Below the pieces are notes generated by a model, which worked only from the letters and a program-made list of their open reading frames with translations, was not told the origin of the DNA and made no database searches. Both the position numbers and the translations under genes were made by a program. From assembly GCA_001724265.1 (NCBI GenBank), contig MEDY01000119.1, positions 62,001 through 108,592 of the forward strand: a DNA stretch of 46,592 nt. Direction: 5' to 3'. Position 1 is the stretch's first letter. Each line of letters starts with the position of its first letter. Below are positions 43,683 through 46,592 of this stretch, in pieces. This DNA is from Rhizaria sp. SCN 62-66 (taxonomy: Eukaryota).

Positions 43683-46192
43683 CGTCAGTGAGAGATTCGT
43701 GAAACTTACAGCTAATGTTCTACGGAATTTAACTGAAATGTTAATTTATATCTGGATGATGCTCGTTTATCTGGAGATATGGCCGTAATCCGTAGTCTTT
43801 TCCCTGAAGCAGCCAAAATACCAATCCACCACAAATCAGCTTTCGGTAGTCAACACGATTAAACCAACGCGATACCACTTAAAGTGCTCCATAATTAGAT
43901 ATACAAAGCGCATGCACTCATTTAAACTGATGGATATAGCTTGAACGCACATTGCTTTGTTCGATGGTGTGCGTATGTATCCCTATAACTACGTGATAGT
44001 GTATTCTTCCTGCAGTGTTTCGCCTCTCACAAACTATGGAAGCATGTATATTGTGTTGTCAATTCAGTGTTGCCAACGTCAACACATGAACTTTGATGTA
44101 AAGATACCGCAAAACATCCCATGGAGCGAACCAAAACACCGCTAGATCACTTGAAGTTGTAAGAGTCGTTGCTGATTTGGCTAGACCCGCACTCGCCACA
44201 TGTCATCATGTCAGTGATTTGCGACAATCGTTGAGTGTGACATATGAAAAATATCACCACAATATGCAGTTATTGCAACACGCGCGGCGCTCTATTTTGT
44301 TGCCGTTTACATTAGTTGTTAAGTCATGACTATCATCTCACTTTCCTATCGCCAAACGTACGTAATACAGCTCTTTCCTGCATCAAGCATCCACTCACAT
44401 TTTCTCCCAGTAGCTTGAGCTGTAGTGACTAGACATTGTGTCAGACCATTTGCTGATTATATGAGCGTTTTGCAGCTTGAGAGAAGGAGGAGTGATCCAG
44501 GCTCGCTGCGTTGGTGCACATGCTGCGGCGCATGCGCGAGATGGATAAACAAGATAAATATGTTCAGGGGGCGCGTCTGTGAGCCCAATTGCACAAGGCG
44601 TCACAATGCAAATTCAGCTTTAGGACTGGCGATTGCTATATCATTGTCACCAGAGAGTGTGGAACTTGTGATGGCTGTGAGTAGCTCGAGATGTCTGAAT
44701 AACAAGCACTTTTCAGAATAAGCATCAAAGCGCGAACCACTAATACTACACCAACGTTCAGATGGTTTTTACTGATATGACAGACTACAGATAACGTGAG
44801 GAAAACATTTTGGATGTATTCAATATTAATGACGAATAATATGTCGTTCTATTGACTTTAGTTGGTCGATCATCTTACTTTATGCAGCCAGCAGCTCCAA
44901 CCCAGTCTCAGACAAGGAAGTTGCGGTCAGCAAAGCTCAGATCATCGTCATTCTCGTGACACATGTTGACATATGTGCGAGTTCCTCGGAAGTAATTAAT
45001 GATCGATAAGTTTCCCGTTATTGATGTTGCTTAAACCTCGAATTGTACTAACTTGGGTTATATTAGCACATGTATGTTGTGATAATGTCATTTCGCACCA
45101 TTTGACTGTGGCAGTCACTGGGGCTTCACTGGCCGCGGGCTCATCATCATCGCACTTCTCAATCAAAAATGGGACACAACTGAAAACTTCAACACGTACT
45201 GTGTGCGCAACGCTAGTTTTCTGCGTTTTCTATGATACCTCCGCTCCGCTATGGGTCCTTTAGCCCGGCCGGCCGTGTTACACCCTACCCACATCAGCTC
45301 ATCCTTATAGTCAATATCTCACAATAGAGTAAAAATGTGTTTGGGGTTGTTTAATAACATGATTATGAATAATACGTGGGGTGTATTTCTTAGTACATGT
45401 ACATATATGTACAGCCATTCAGATATGGCAAGGGATGAATCCACGTCATTGAATGCTATCCACAGACTCGTGACGGCACTCAGTTTTTACAATTCGCACC
45501 TGTATTGGAATTTCATTATGAGTACTACAGTCGTATATGAAACTGAGGACTACACATGTCTCGGAAATAAGATTGTTTTATAATAATCGTCATCTATATT
45601 ATAAATCTGCTATGGACCTACACCTGGCCGATATTTTGAGAACCCATGCTCACAGTCACTTTTCCTAACAACCCCGGTGGGGCAGGTGGTGTCGACGTGT
45701 GCGCAACGACAATGTGAGATTGCTAACCATTTGCGCTTAACAATGACGTCGGTTACATGTGATAAAAGTGTTTATGAATTGAAGATGATGTATAGTGAAG
45801 ATCCCGAAAATTATTATGACTAAATGCCCAAAAACGACCCTGGCAGATCTCATTGACATTCGCAGCCCAACGGACTGGTGACGGGAGGCGACCTTCCTTC
45901 GGCTCCCAGAGGAACTTTGGGGTGAGGAAAACGGCATGCAGGCAGATGTTCTTGATATGAGAATGGTTGCTTATTGCTACGTTTGTTGTGTTCTGTTTGC
46001 TTTGTTTGGTGGCAGTGTTTGACGCTTCTTTTATGAGGCAGGAAGAGGGGTCGAGTTGATGTCGCCACCAGCGCAGCGCGGAGTTGGACCATTTTGGTTG
46101 CTCGCCCTCCTTCACACCGACCATGGAATGGCTTGCCTCTTGCTAACCGTGTACCTTTTGTTGCTGTCTGTTTGCTTTTCTTGCGCAGAGAC

Positions 46193-46565
46193 ATGGCTAC
46201 GCACGAGGAGCTCAAAGATCTGGACTCCATCCGCCGTCGCCTCGAAAAGTTCAGCGAGGACCTGGGTAAGACCGTTGACAATGAGCTCCGCGCGGCCATC
46301 GAGGCCCAGGTGACCGCACTCAATCTAGAGAAGAAACTTATTGAGGTCAACGTTCGCCTCGACAAGTCCAACTCGGAACTGGATAAGACCGTTGACACGG
46401 AGCAACGCGCGACCATCAAGGCCCAGGTGACCGCACTCAATCTGGAGAAGAAACTCATTGATGCCAAGATTGACGTCCGAAACATGGTGGCCGGGGCTCA
46501 GGAGCGGGTTACTCGCTCCCGAGAAGCCCTCGACGCCTTCAAGCGCTCCGCGGCGGCGCCTGTCG
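46193..46565 (+). CDS. Partial gene (exon running into an intron at the window end): coiled-coil segment with a 39-aa tandem repeat
   Basis: MATHEELKDLDSIRRRLEKFSEDLGKTVDNELRAAIEAQVTALNLEKKL... stays open to a G|GTACGT donor at 46566. It is preceded by GCTAAC, a pyrimidine tract and CAG (46188), like an acceptor. Absent from the ORF track because no stop is reached. Confidence 0.7.
46268..46460 (+). repeat. 117-nt period tandem duplication (about 1.6 copies)
   Basis: AAGACCGTTGAC...GGCCCAGGTGACCGCACTCAATCT.GAGAAGAAACT.ATTGA starts at 46268 and again at 46385. Confidence 0.9.
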
Positions 46566-46592
46566 GTACGTTTCTTGTACATTTCTGTTTGC

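Noticed and set aside
226-43788. Hundreds of overlapping antisense and alternative-frame ORFs (up to about 520 aa)
   Set aside because: Expected shadows of very GC-rich, GCN-repetitive coding DNA. The products are Arg/Pro/Ala-rich with no recognisable motifs.
43683-46140. Short ORFs or a possible transposon relic in the long AT-rich spacer
   Set aside because: No recognisable domain, terminal repeats or coding-like codon bias.

Overview
Gene-dense eukaryotic (protist-like) nuclear DNA: GC-rich, Ala/Ser-inflated coding regions separated by short AT-rich spacers, with five complete GT-AG introns plus a sixth donor at the window end (donors GT[A/G]CG[T/C]). I read eight genes: (1) a 5'-truncated giant coiled-coil protein with three copine-type C2 domains; (2) an ankyrin-repeat protein; (3) a TTC38-like TPR protein; (4) a complete bacterial-type NAD+-dependent DNA ligase (LigA) with a probable mitochondrial presequence; (5) a single-pass membrane protein; (6) a 7-TM protein resembling gustatory-receptor-like ion channels; (7) an Iwr1/SLC7A6OS-like protein; (8) a partial coiled-coil gene at the 3' edge. 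Main signal: five of the seven genes that end in the window carry in-frame TAG codons (six sites), in two cases upstream of conserved family motifs. All seven true ends are TAA (4) or TGA (3), and no gene model has an internal TAA/TGA or a frameshift. This points to a non-standard nuclear code in which UAG alone is a sense codon while UAA/UGA remain stops. The amino acid is unresolved: Gln is favoured by context, Glu or Leu are possible. Family assignments are by eye from motifs, not from searches.
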